Position numbers and translations under genes: made by a program. A stretch of 50,845 bases of DNA from Elusimicrobiota bacterium (GTDB taxonomy: Bacteria > Elusimicrobiota > Elusimicrobia > UBA1565 > UBA9628): NCBI GenBank assembly GCA_023700845.1, contig JAMPYD010000001.1, forward strand, positions 1 through 50,845, read 5' to 3'. The notes under the pieces are model-generated. The model saw only the letters and a list, made by a program, of their open reading frames with translations, did not search any database and was not told where the DNA came from. Position 1 is the stretch's first letter. The number at the start of each line of letters is the position of its first letter. Shown here piece by piece: positions 27,562 through 34,774 of this stretch.

Positions 27562-30279
27562 TCAGGTGGTCTGGTATTGCTGGAAGCTCGCGGCAAGCGC
27601 GGCGAAGGTCGTCGGCGGGTGCTGGATGAACCCGGCCTGGTCTACGTAAAGGTGCTTGTAGCTAACGCGGCCATTCTCGGCGCTGGCGATGGTGGCATCG
27701 GCGCACCACTGCCCGAGGCGGGCCATCTTCTGCGGCAAGTCCAGTTCCTCGCGGCCCTTAGTCTCGATGATCCAGACCGTGCCGTCGGCCGTGCGGACGA
27801 TGAAGTCGGGGGTGTAGGTCGAGAGGTCGCCGTTCTCGCGGACGTAGTCGAGCTTGAAGCCGACGGCGAAGTAGTTCTTGGCGAAGGCCGCCACGTCCGA
27901 CGCCGCCTCCAGGAACGCGGCGAACGACAACTCGAAGCCGCCGGAGCGCGGCTCGCCGACGGTCTTGCTGAAGATCGACTTCTTCGCAGCCAGGAAGGGC
28001 CGGTGCTCGGTGCGGAAGGGGCGGGTCTGCCGCAACTTGATTGTGTCCTCGATCCGGGTCGTGCCCGTCTCCTGGATCGTCAGCGCGTTCATAGCCGTCT
28101 TGAACGAGTCGTAGAGGACCTTGCCTACCTCAGGCTCGGACAAATTGCGGAGGACGACCGGGTCCTCCAGGTCCACGGGCGACTTCGTAAACAGGTGCTC
28201 GCGGACGAAGGTCTTGACCTTGCCGTAGAGCACGTCGTAGCCGCCGACGAGGCGCAGGTCCTGGAGCAACTGACGGGCGAAGAAGGCGATCACCGACCGG
28301 TAGTCGCCGGGGCCGGAGCCGTCGAGCACGATCGTGTGATGGACCTCGGCGTTGAGCATCGTCTTGAACACGATCTCGCGCGTCTCTTCGGGTGTGAAGG
28401 GCTTGAGCGGCAGCTTCTTGTTGCCGAGGGCCGCCGGGTCCAGGGCGTCGAGGTTCTTGTAGTCTCGATTGTAACGGCGGGTGAGCTTGGGGAGAGGGAT
28501 GTCGAGCTTGTCCAGGTCCTTCTCGGGGTTCTGGGCGTCGACCTCGACTACGAGAGAGTCCTTGCGCGTGGTCCCGGCGCCCATGGGGACGTGCTCGAAG
28601 GTCACGCCCTCGGACTGGATCGACTCGACGAACTCCATGAAGGCGGGCGTGCCCATAACGGAGACTGTCTCGCTGATGTCGGTCCCGAAATACATGCGGC
28701 GCAGACCTCGGCCAAGCGTCTGCTCAGGGAGGATGTTGCTCTGCGCGGCATAGGCGCGCAAGCCGACGATCGTGGTCACGTTGCGAACGTCCCAGCCTTC
28801 TTTCAGGACCAGGACGGAGACGATCGCCTTGCACGGGCTCTTCAAGCTGTCGATCGCGTTAGCGGCCTCACGGAGAACTTCCAACTCCTCCTTGCTCTTG
28901 CCCGAGGCGGCCTCGGAGATTTCGCCGTTGTTCTTCGTGTGGATCACGAGGACACCGTCCTTCAACTCGGGACAAATCTTCTGGAGGTATTCACCGACAT
29001 CGTCGCAGTTCTTCGTGTCGTCGACCATGACGAAGAGCACAGCCTTCTTCCCCAGCTTCTCGTGCTCGGCGTAGCTCTTCTTCCATTCCTCGACGCCGAG
29101 CGCGAGGTAGTCGGCGTAGCGCTCGCTGAAGACCGCGCTCTTGCGTTCGGCGAGCTTGGCGCGGCTGGCGGCGTCAGGCAGGATAGGGTGCTTCACGACG
29201 TTCTGGTGGATCGCCTCGACCAGCGGGTAGTCCGACACCGTCTGGACGAAGATGCTGCCGTTGTCGTGGCGGGGCGTGGCCGTCACGTCAAGCTGGAGTG
29301 CGAGGCGGCGATCCTTCTGGAGCATCCGGTTGTGGATGTCCTGGATCGACTTGAACCAGGCCATGCGCTCATCGTGGATGTGGTGCGCCTCGTCGTTGAA
29401 GACGGCGAGTTCGGTCACTTCGCGCACGATCTCACCCAGGTCGGTCTGGCTGTCTCTCGTCTTGCCCACCGGCTTGGCGCCGAACGGCGAGAGGAAGTAA
29501 TCGCGCAGGTCTCCGTCCTCCAGCGACGGCTCGGGCACGTCGCCGAGGTAGACGCGGTGGATGTTCGTCAGGAAGATATTGCCGGTCTCGCGGATGACGC
29601 GCACGTCGTCCTGGATGTGGAGCGTGAACTGAAAATCGTCTCGCCAGTTGCGTCCGTCGTGGCCGTTATCCGGCAGGATGGGATCGTTGAAGAAAATCTT
29701 GAGGCCGTCGAAGTCCGTCCGCAGCCGGTCGAGGACGATGATGTTCGGCGCGATGACGAGGAAGTTTCTCGACAGGTTGGAGTCGGCCTCGTAGACCTTG
29801 TGAAAGTAGCTCCAGGCGATGAGCAGGGACATGACCTTGGTCTTACCTGAACCCGTCGCCATCTTCAGGACGTAGCGCGGCCAGTCCTCGGTGAACATTC
29901 CGGCCGAGACCGCGCCGGAGGCATCGAAGCGCAGGAGATCGAACTTGTCCTTCACGCGCTTCACGTCGTGCAACCATATCACCGTCTCGACCGCCTCGCG
30001 CTGGGCGAAGTAGTAACGGAAGGGCGAGAGCGTTCCATCCTTACCCTCGGTCATGTGCTCGGTGTCGAACCACCACTTCAACAGCGCGATTGACGTGCGC
30101 GATGCGCCCGCGTATCCGGCGGCTCGCCAAGCGTGGACCTCGCGGCGGATGTTGGCCACCAGCGGCGGCAGCAACTTGTCGTATGCAGTCGCGCGCAGCG
30201 TCTCGTCGGCCGGGAACCACCGCTGCTCGGGGATGAGCGGCGCGTAGGGGGACGACGGAAATTCTGGGTGCAACGCCAT
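27562..30279 (-). CDS. res: Type III restriction enzyme Res subunit (SF2 helicase plus PD-(D/E)xK nuclease)
   Basis: 905 aa. Helicase motifs are MATGSGKTKV (I), FNDEAHH (II) and QTLGRGLR (VI). The C-terminal nuclease reads YTPDFIVRTADGTVWIIETKG. Confidence 0.9.
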   Translation of the reverse strand: MALHPEFPSSPYAPLIPEQRWFPADETLRATAYDKLLPPLVANIRREVHAWRAAGYAGASRTSIALLKWWFDTEHMTEGKDGTLSPFRYYFAQREAVETVIWLHDVKRVKDKFDLLRFDASGAVSAGMFTEDWPRYVLKMATGSGKTKVMSLLIAWSYFHKVYEADSNLSRNFLVIAPNIIVLDRLRTDFDGLKIFFNDPILPDNGHDGRNWRDDFQFTLHIQDDVRVIRETGNIFLTNIHRVYLGDVPEPSLEDGDLRDYFLSPFGAKPVGKTRDSQTDLGEIVREVTELAVFNDEAHHIHDERMAWFKSIQDIHNRMLQKDRRLALQLDVTATPRHDNGSIFVQTVSDYPLVEAIHQNVVKHPILPDAASRAKLAERKSAVFSERYADYLALGVEEWKKSYAEHEKLGKKAVLFVMVDDTKNCDDVGEYLQKICPELKDGVLVIHTKNNGEISEAASGKSKEELEVLREAANAIDSLKSPCKAIVSVLVLKEGWDVRNVTTIVGLRAYAAQSNILPEQTLGRGLRRMYFGTDISETVSVMGTPAFMEFVESIQSEGVTFEHVPMGAGTTRKDSLVVEVDAQNPEKDLDKLDIPLPKLTRRYNRDYKNLDALDPAALGNKKLPLKPFTPEETREIVFKTMLNAEVHHTIVLDGSGPGDYRSVIAFFARQLLQDLRLVGGYDVLYGKVKTFVREHLFTKSPVDLEDPVVLRNLSEPEVGKVLYDSFKTAMNALTIQETGTTRIEDTIKLRQTRPFRTEHRPFLAAKKSIFSKTVGEPRSGGFELSFAAFLEAASDVAAFAKNYFAVGFKLDYVRENGDLSTYTPDFIVRTADGTVWIIETKGREELDLPQKMARLGQWCADATIASAENGRVSYKHLYVDQAGFIQHPPTTFAALAASFQQYQTT

Positions 30280-30364
30280 GATTACAGAGTCTACACATTT
30301 CGTTCATACCGTGTTAGCGAGTTATAATAACAGCATCAACAAGTGCTTATTTTTACATCACTTA

Positions 30365-30393
30365 TTGACATAGACGCTGGTTCATGCTAAGAT
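30365..30393 (+). promoter_or_regulatory. sigma-70-like promoter TTGACA-17-TAAGAT in an AT-rich divergent region
   Basis: TTGACA is at 30365-30370 and TAAGAT at 30388-30393. It faces the replication module. The region 30280-30400 is the most AT-rich stretch of the window and also contains GTTAT-A-ATAAC at 30321-30331. Confidence 0.35.
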
Positions 30394-30587
30394 TTTGATG
30401 GCTGAAGTTGAAGTACAGAGAGCCGACCGGCGACAGGCTCTGGCCCAAACGTCGCCCTTCGACTGGGTTCCTCACCTGGCCGACTGACATCAAGACAGTC
30501 TCGGCGCGATGCCGAGACACGACGCACCCCGGAAGTTGCTGTGGCCTTGGTCGTGGTCAAGGTCGGGCGCTTCCCTGGAGAGTCCCG

Positions 30588-30845
30588 ATGTCAGAGCCGC
30601 AATACACGACCTTCGAGTTCGCGTTGGCTGCGTTCGCCCTAAGCGATCCCCGCGTCCAGCTAATCGCCACGCGGTCCGTCACCGCAACGCGCGTCGAGTT
30701 CGTGCTGGGGCCCCGGCCGGTCTGCGAGACCTTGGCCGATCTTTTCCTTAGAGACCAGGCTCTGGTCAATCCCCGAGTCTACGCCGACAAGTCGCGCCTC
30801 TTGAAGACGGCGCTGCACTGCGCCCGGCGGGAGTATCAAGCGTGA
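30588..30845 (+). CDS. DUF5659-like small protein
   Basis: The ATG at 30588 is preceded by GGAGAG. YTTFEFALAAFALSDPRVQLIATRSVTATRVEFVLG...LFLRDQALVNPRVYADKSRLLKTAL resembles DUF5659 proteins of phages and plasmids. The track start at 30408 is probably upstream read-through. Confidence 0.5.
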   Translation: MSEPQYTTFEFALAAFALSDPRVQLIATRSVTATRVEFVLGPRPVCETLADLFLRDQALVNPRVYADKSRLLKTALHCARREYQA

Positions 30846-30866
30846 TCACCGCCCGCCGTTCGCTGA

Positions 30867-31757
30867 TTGCCGACGGTCCCATCCTCGTCGTCCCCGATGC
30901 CAGATGTCGCTATGTCGACCCCACTACCCCACGATCCTGATCACGCCGCTGGCCTGACCAGCGCGGGCGGTTCCCCGACCCCGGGGTCCGCCTTGTTGCC
31001 TTATAACACTCCGTCTTACACACACCAGCCATTTCTCCCTGACGAGCAGAAGCCCAACTACACGATCGCCAAGGCCCTGGAGATGTTCCATGCCTCACTG
31101 GCCACCAGGGTCTTGAACTGCTGGCAGGCTCCCTACTTCAGGCCATGCAAGCAGCCGCGCCTGTGCTCGGGCTGCGCGCGCTACCGCCAACGCCTCCAGG
31201 TAGGGAAGCATGAGCGCTACTTGGCCAAGATGGGCACGCCGTACTTCATGACGCTGACAGTCCGGTGCAAGAGCGGCCTTACCCGCTGGCACCTGGACAG
31301 ATTCCGCAAGAAGATGACCAGCTTGCGCCGCTGGAGACGGTTCCAGCGCTCGGTCCGGGGCGGCGTCTATGCGATCGAGGTCAAACTCGGCGACTCCGGC
31401 CTCTGGAACATCCACGCGCACGTCATCCTCGACCTCGCCGACCACACGCTGGCCAAACCGGCCATGCGGGCGGCCTGGAAGCGGCGGACGGGAGGCAGCC
31501 ACATCGACTTCGAGCCGATCCAGGCCGGGACCTTGGCCTGGGTCTTCAGTTACTCGACGAAGCCCCAGGAGCTTCCGGAGGCCAAGTCGATCGGCCAGGC
31601 GGTTCACGCGCTGGTCGGACAGAAGACCCCGCCGCTCGATTCCGACCGTCTGCGCGAGTTCTACTGGGCGACGAAGGGGTTTCGGAACACGCAGACGTTC
31701 GGCAACTTCAACGCGGGCAGCGGCGTTATGCCTGGCCTCCGCCGGACGCGAATCTAA
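30867..31757 (+). CDS. rep: HUH rolling-circle replication initiator (Rep_2 / pC194-pUB110 type, as in RepSA of pSAM2)
   Basis: Motif 1 is YFMTLTVR, motif 2 (HUH) is WNIHAHVILD and motif 3 is FSYSTKPQE (catalytic Tyr). The start is uncertain: TTG at 30867 or ATG at 30897. Confidence 0.75.
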   Translation: MPTVPSSSSPMPDVAMSTPLPHDPDHAAGLTSAGGSPTPGSALLPYNTPSYTHQPFLPDEQKPNYTIAKALEMFHASLATRVLNCWQAPYFRPCKQPRLCSGCARYRQRLQVGKHERYLAKMGTPYFMTLTVRCKSGLTRWHLDRFRKKMTSLRRWRRFQRSVRGGVYAIEVKLGDSGLWNIHAHVILDLADHTLAKPAMRAAWKRRTGGSHIDFEPIQAGTLAWVFSYSTKPQELPEAKSIGQAVHALVGQKTPPLDSDRLREFYWATKGFRNTQTFGNFNAGSGVMPGLRRTRI

Positions 31758-31769
31758 CAGGAGACAGAG

Positions 31770-32447
31770 ATGAACACGACGATGCCAGCAGAATTTATAA
31801 GGTTGAACCGGGACCTGTGGATCAACGCCGTGCCGATCCCGAAGCGACCAGAGGTCTCCGTATTCTTGGCGGCCGCGCAGGACATGATCAGCGGTTTGAC
31901 GGTGCCGCGCCCCTCCGCCAGGTCCTGGCGATACGGCTCAATCCCGCAATTCGTCCTCACAGAGGGGAAGGCTTTCTCCGCCGAACCATTCACCGACGCC
32001 GAAATGCGGATACTCCAGTCGCTCGCCGGGCTTGATCTCCGCTATTTGCGCCCGACTCTGTGCTTCCGCAACGCCTACATGGTATCGCGGAATATCCCGG
32101 AGCTTCACTATGTCGAAGGGCTGGTCAACTACCACGGCTGCCTGCTTCTACACGCCTGGCTCGACCTCAATGGAAAGCCGATCGACGTGACTTATTCCAC
32201 GGACTTCACGATGGTCCCATGTCGGAACATCGCCCAGATGATCCGGCGGATCGACGACAATCGCCAGACCTTCCGGTACTACGGCATCGAGTTCTCTGGC
32301 GCCGAGGTGACTCGGCACGTCCTCGGCCGTAAGACTTACGACTCGATCATCGACTGCGTGGCCTGCAACCATTCTTTCCTGCGCCGGGGCCTCGGCGCGA
32401 TCGCCGTCGGCGATCATACCGCCCGCGTGGCTCCATGCACTTGGTAG
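31770..32447 (+). CDS. hypothetical protein with a transglutaminase-like Cys-His-Asp pattern (tentative)
   Basis: 225 aa. PTLCFRNAYMVSRNIPELHYVEGLV...LLLHAWLDLNGKPIDVTYS resembles the C...HAW...D core of transglutaminase-like or papain-fold enzymes. Assignment is by eye only. Confidence 0.5.
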   Translation: MNTTMPAEFIRLNRDLWINAVPIPKRPEVSVFLAAAQDMISGLTVPRPSARSWRYGSIPQFVLTEGKAFSAEPFTDAEMRILQSLAGLDLRYLRPTLCFRNAYMVSRNIPELHYVEGLVNYHGCLLLHAWLDLNGKPIDVTYSTDFTMVPCRNIAQMIRRIDDNRQTFRYYGIEFSGAEVTRHVLGRKTYDSIIDCVACNHSFLRRGLGAIAVGDHTARVAPCTW

Positions 32448-32620
32448 TCGGCACTGGAAGTCGGGGGCCACCGCAAGAGCGGCCCTAGAAGCGCCGCACT
32501 AACCTACACACGGGACGTTGCCGCCACCGACCAGGAGGGCAAGGCCGCGACCGTAGAGCGCCGCAAGGCGCTGCGAGGGCGAGAAAATGAGTGAAGAAAT
32601 CTACTACGTCGGTGACGCGA

Positions 32621-32776
32621 TCAGCGCTTCTTGTCGGCAGCCTGTCTCAAGATGAAAATGATCTGGCGGCTCATGGACCGGCCGTCGCGCTCGGCCATGG
32701 TGACCAGGGCGGCGTGGAGGTCGAGGGGAATCCTCAAGCCGAGGTGCTTGATGGGGGTCGGGGTCTTCTTAGCCAT
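32621..32776 (-). CDS. ribbon-helix-helix (Arc/CopG-type) DNA-binding protein, 51 aa, below the ORF-track length cutoff
   Basis: My translation is MAKKTPTPIKHLGLRIPLDLHAALVTMAERDGRSMSRQIIFILRQAADKKR. It shows the classic RHH pattern (beta strand LGLRIP, then helix-helix with GRSMSRQI). It is divergent from xis-int. No clear RBS is present. Confidence 0.6.
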   Translation of the reverse strand: MAKKTPTPIKHLGLRIPLDLHAALVTMAERDGRSMSRQIIFILRQAADKKR

Positions 32777-32808
32777 GATCCGAGCATAACGGAATTGCTT
32801 GACGGGGG

Positions 32809-32853
32809 CAAGTCCAAAGTGGACTTGACTGCACCAGACGAGCCTGTTACACT
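32809..32853 (+). promoter_or_regulatory. palindromic operator overlapping a TTGACT-17-TACACT promoter for xis-int
   Basis: CAAGTCCA-aag-TGGACTTG is at 32809-32827 and overlaps the -35 TTGACT (32825-32830). The -10 TACACT is at 32848-32853 and the first in-frame ATG at 32858, which suggests a leaderless transcript. Confidence 0.35.
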
Positions 32854-32857
32854 GTCG

Positions 32858-33247
32858 ATGGACTCAAAATGCACTAACTCCGGTTCGTCACAAGACCCCT
32901 CGACGCCCGCGCCGGTCGCCACCGATAACGCCGTGTCCGTGTTAGCTACGACGCTTCAGAGCGGGACCTACCGACTGGTCGTTCGCGATGGGAAGATCGT
33001 GGCGCTGTCCGAGGGGGGGTGCAACTCGGTGTACATGACCATGGAGCAGATCGCCGAGGAGTTTCCGGTCTCGTACTTCTGGGTTTCCCGGAACTGGCTC
33101 GTGACCCTGCGCCTGCCCGTCTACAAGCTGGGCAAGAAGACCAACATCTTCAAGCGCGAAGAACTCTACGCCGCTATCGAGCGGACGCGGGTCCTTCCTG
33201 GCCGCCCCGTGGGCAGAGCGAAGAAGACGATCGGGGTGCTCTCATGA
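32858..33247 (+). CDS. xis: excisionase-like HTH protein (Xis)
   Basis: The C-terminus MTMEQIAEEFPVSYFWVSRNWLVTLRLPVYKLGKKTNIFKREELYAAIE fits excisionase/MerR-type HTH proteins. The stop overlaps the int ATG (ATGA). The start is uncertain (32858 or 33035). The track start at 32591 overlaps the RHH gene on the other strand. Confidence 0.55.
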   Translation: MDSKCTNSGSSQDPSTPAPVATDNAVSVLATTLQSGTYRLVVRDGKIVALSEGGCNSVYMTMEQIAEEFPVSYFWVSRNWLVTLRLPVYKLGKKTNIFKREELYAAIERTRVLPGRPVGRAKKTIGVLS

Positions 33248-34386
33248 GCAACCAAAAGGGTCACCCGCTCAAAGCCGTACGTCTCGATCGAGAAAGAATC
33301 CGACTGGACTTCACCCACGGAGGACGCCGCGTGCGCGGCGAGGTTAGGGCCGAGGCCCTGGCCGCGCTGATTCTAGGGGAAATCGATTCCGACTCGAATC
33401 TGGTTTTCGGGGAGGCGCCGATCACGCTGACCGACTTCGTGAACCAGGTCTACATCCCGTTCGACGCGACGCCGCGCCTCCTGAACGTGCGCTCATTGAA
33501 GGCGGAGGTCGACATCGTGAAACCCTGGCTGACCAAGCTCGGGAAAATGATGCTGCATGAAATTCAGGGCAAGGACGCTGAACGCTGCAAGGATGAGTGG
33601 ATCACGCAGGGCCTGGCTGGAAACACGATCAAGCGGCGTTGGGACGCACTCGGCCGCGTATTAGACTGTGGGAAAACCAAGGGACGGATCAAAAACCGGA
33701 TTCTCGGTAAGCCTAGCGGCCTGGCGCTCGCGAACAGAAGCGGCATCTGGCTCAAGCTGTCCGAGATCGATCCTATCCTAGCCGAGTGCGAGAAAGTGCA
33801 TCGAAAGCTCCGGCCCCTGATCGAGTTCCTGATCTTGACCGGTGCTCGGATCGGAGAGGCTCAGCTACTGGTCAACGGAGACATCCGCAACGGTACACTG
33901 TGGCTGCCCACGGAGAAGCAGGGTTGCCCGCCCAGGGACGCGACGAGGCCCTTGGACATCAAGAGCCTCGGGCCCAGGTTCGCCGCGCTTCTGCCGAAGT
34001 TGAAGCCGCACCCTGTCAGCGGCCTCTACTTCTACGCCAACGACGCGAAGCTGACTGCCATCACCGAAAGCTACGCGATCAGCTTGTTCCAGAAGGCGTT
34101 GGCCGCCGTCGGGAGGATCGACTTCACCTTACATGACTGCCGGGGCACGTTCGCCACGCACAGGGCGATGGTAGTGAACAGCTTCCGTCAGCTTCAGGCT
34201 GAACTCGGTCATGGAAATCAAAAATCCATCACCGCATACTTGGCCCGTGCAAGACAATTCGATCGACGCGAGTCGATCTTCTACTCCCCGCCTCGTCAAC
34301 GGCGCAGTCCCGGGCGCCCACAAATCGTGCCTCCCGGTCTAACCGTGAACGAGGGGCACGTCCCGCCGCCGCCGTTGCATAGCTAA
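33244..34386 (+). CDS. int: tyrosine integrase
   Basis: 380 aa from the ATG at 33244. Catalytic residues are in LILTGARIGEA (R), LHDCRGTFATH (HxxR) and LGHGNQKSITAYL (H..Y). It ends 173 nt before the tRNA. Confidence 0.88.
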   Translation: MSNQKGHPLKAVRLDRERIRLDFTHGGRRVRGEVRAEALAALILGEIDSDSNLVFGEAPITLTDFVNQVYIPFDATPRLLNVRSLKAEVDIVKPWLTKLGKMMLHEIQGKDAERCKDEWITQGLAGNTIKRRWDALGRVLDCGKTKGRIKNRILGKPSGLALANRSGIWLKLSEIDPILAECEKVHRKLRPLIEFLILTGARIGEAQLLVNGDIRNGTLWLPTEKQGCPPRDATRPLDIKSLGPRFAALLPKLKPHPVSGLYFYANDAKLTAITESYAISLFQKALAAVGRIDFTLHDCRGTFATHRAMVVNSFRQLQAELGHGNQKSITAYLARARQFDRRESIFYSPPRQRRSPGRPQIVPPGLTVNEGHVPPPPLHS

Positions 34387-34507
34387 GAGCCTATGCCCAC
34401 GTCAGCGCGTTGCCCATCTGGAGCGCGCTGGCGTGCGGCAGGATCGCAGCCAGGCCCCTATCGATCCCGCGCAAAACCCGCAGAAATTCTCATCTCCGAC
34501 GGGCGCG

Positions 34508-34537
34508 TTGCGCGGGGGGGAAATAAAAAGTTACGAT
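34508..34537 (+). promoter_or_regulatory. candidate element-borne promoter for the restored tRNA-Ser (TTGCGC-18-TACGAT)
   Basis: The -10 ends 22 nt before the tRNA 5' end and lies in island DNA just inside attR. Confidence 0.3.
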
Positions 34538-34555
34538 GTTCTCAGCAGTTTCCCT

Positions 34556-34598
34556 TTCTGGAGAGGTGGGTGAGCGGCTGAAACCGACGGTTTGCTAA
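34556..34598 (+). repeat. attR: 43-nt exact direct repeat, 5' half of tRNA-Ser
   Basis: Identical to 14505-14547. Confidence 0.9.
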
Positions 34599-34649
34599 AC
34601 CGTTCTAGGGCGTAAAGCCTTAGCGAGGGTTCGAATCCCTCCCTCTCCG
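34560..34649 (+). tRNA. tRNA-Ser (anticodon GCT), class II with long variable arm; no encoded CCA
   Basis: Folded by hand. The acceptor stem is GGAGAGG/CCTCTCC with discriminator G. The anticodon stem is ACGGT/ACCGT with loop TT-GCT-AA. There is a long variable arm. The T arm is GAGGG-TTCGAAT-CCCTC. Confidence 0.9.
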
Positions 34650-34659
34650 AATTTCGCGC

Positions 34660-34698
34660 GACGGCCGGATCTCCCTCGAGGTCCGGCCGTCCTCTTTT
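34660..34698 (+). terminator. rho-independent terminator after tRNA-Ser
   Basis: GACGGCCGGA...TCCGGCCGTC forms a 10-bp stem followed by CTCTTTTCC. Confidence 0.55.
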
Positions 34699-34774
34699 CC
34701 GGCTCCGTATTCCTACGCTCCGCCGCGTACATCTCCGCATAGGACCTCCGCCGCTCCGGCGGTATAGTGGCGGC

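Larger units (their letters stand above)
14505..34598. mobile_element. integrative element of about 20 kb (genomic island) in tRNA-Ser(GCT)
   Basis: 43-nt direct repeats sit at both ends and xis-int is adjacent to the intact tRNA. The element carries an HUH Rep, a second recombinase and defence cargo. G+C and codon style are visibly lower than in the flanks (by eye). Confidence 0.8.

Noticed and set aside
27577-29850. 757-aa plus-strand ORF antisense to res, and 25337-26161(+) antisense to mod
   Set aside because: No motifs are present and the composition is shadow-like. The opposite strand encodes unmistakable helicase and methyltransferase motifs.
32591-32857. N-terminal 89 codons of the track ORF 32591-33247(+)
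   Set aside because: This part overlaps the well-formed RHH gene on the other strand as well as the promoter and operator region. The translation (..GHGDQGGVEVEGNPQ..) is not protein-like.
34393-34581. 62-aa ORF spanning the int-tRNA spacer
   Set aside because: It runs into the tRNA-Ser gene and the attR repeat. The region is better explained as a promoter and att site.
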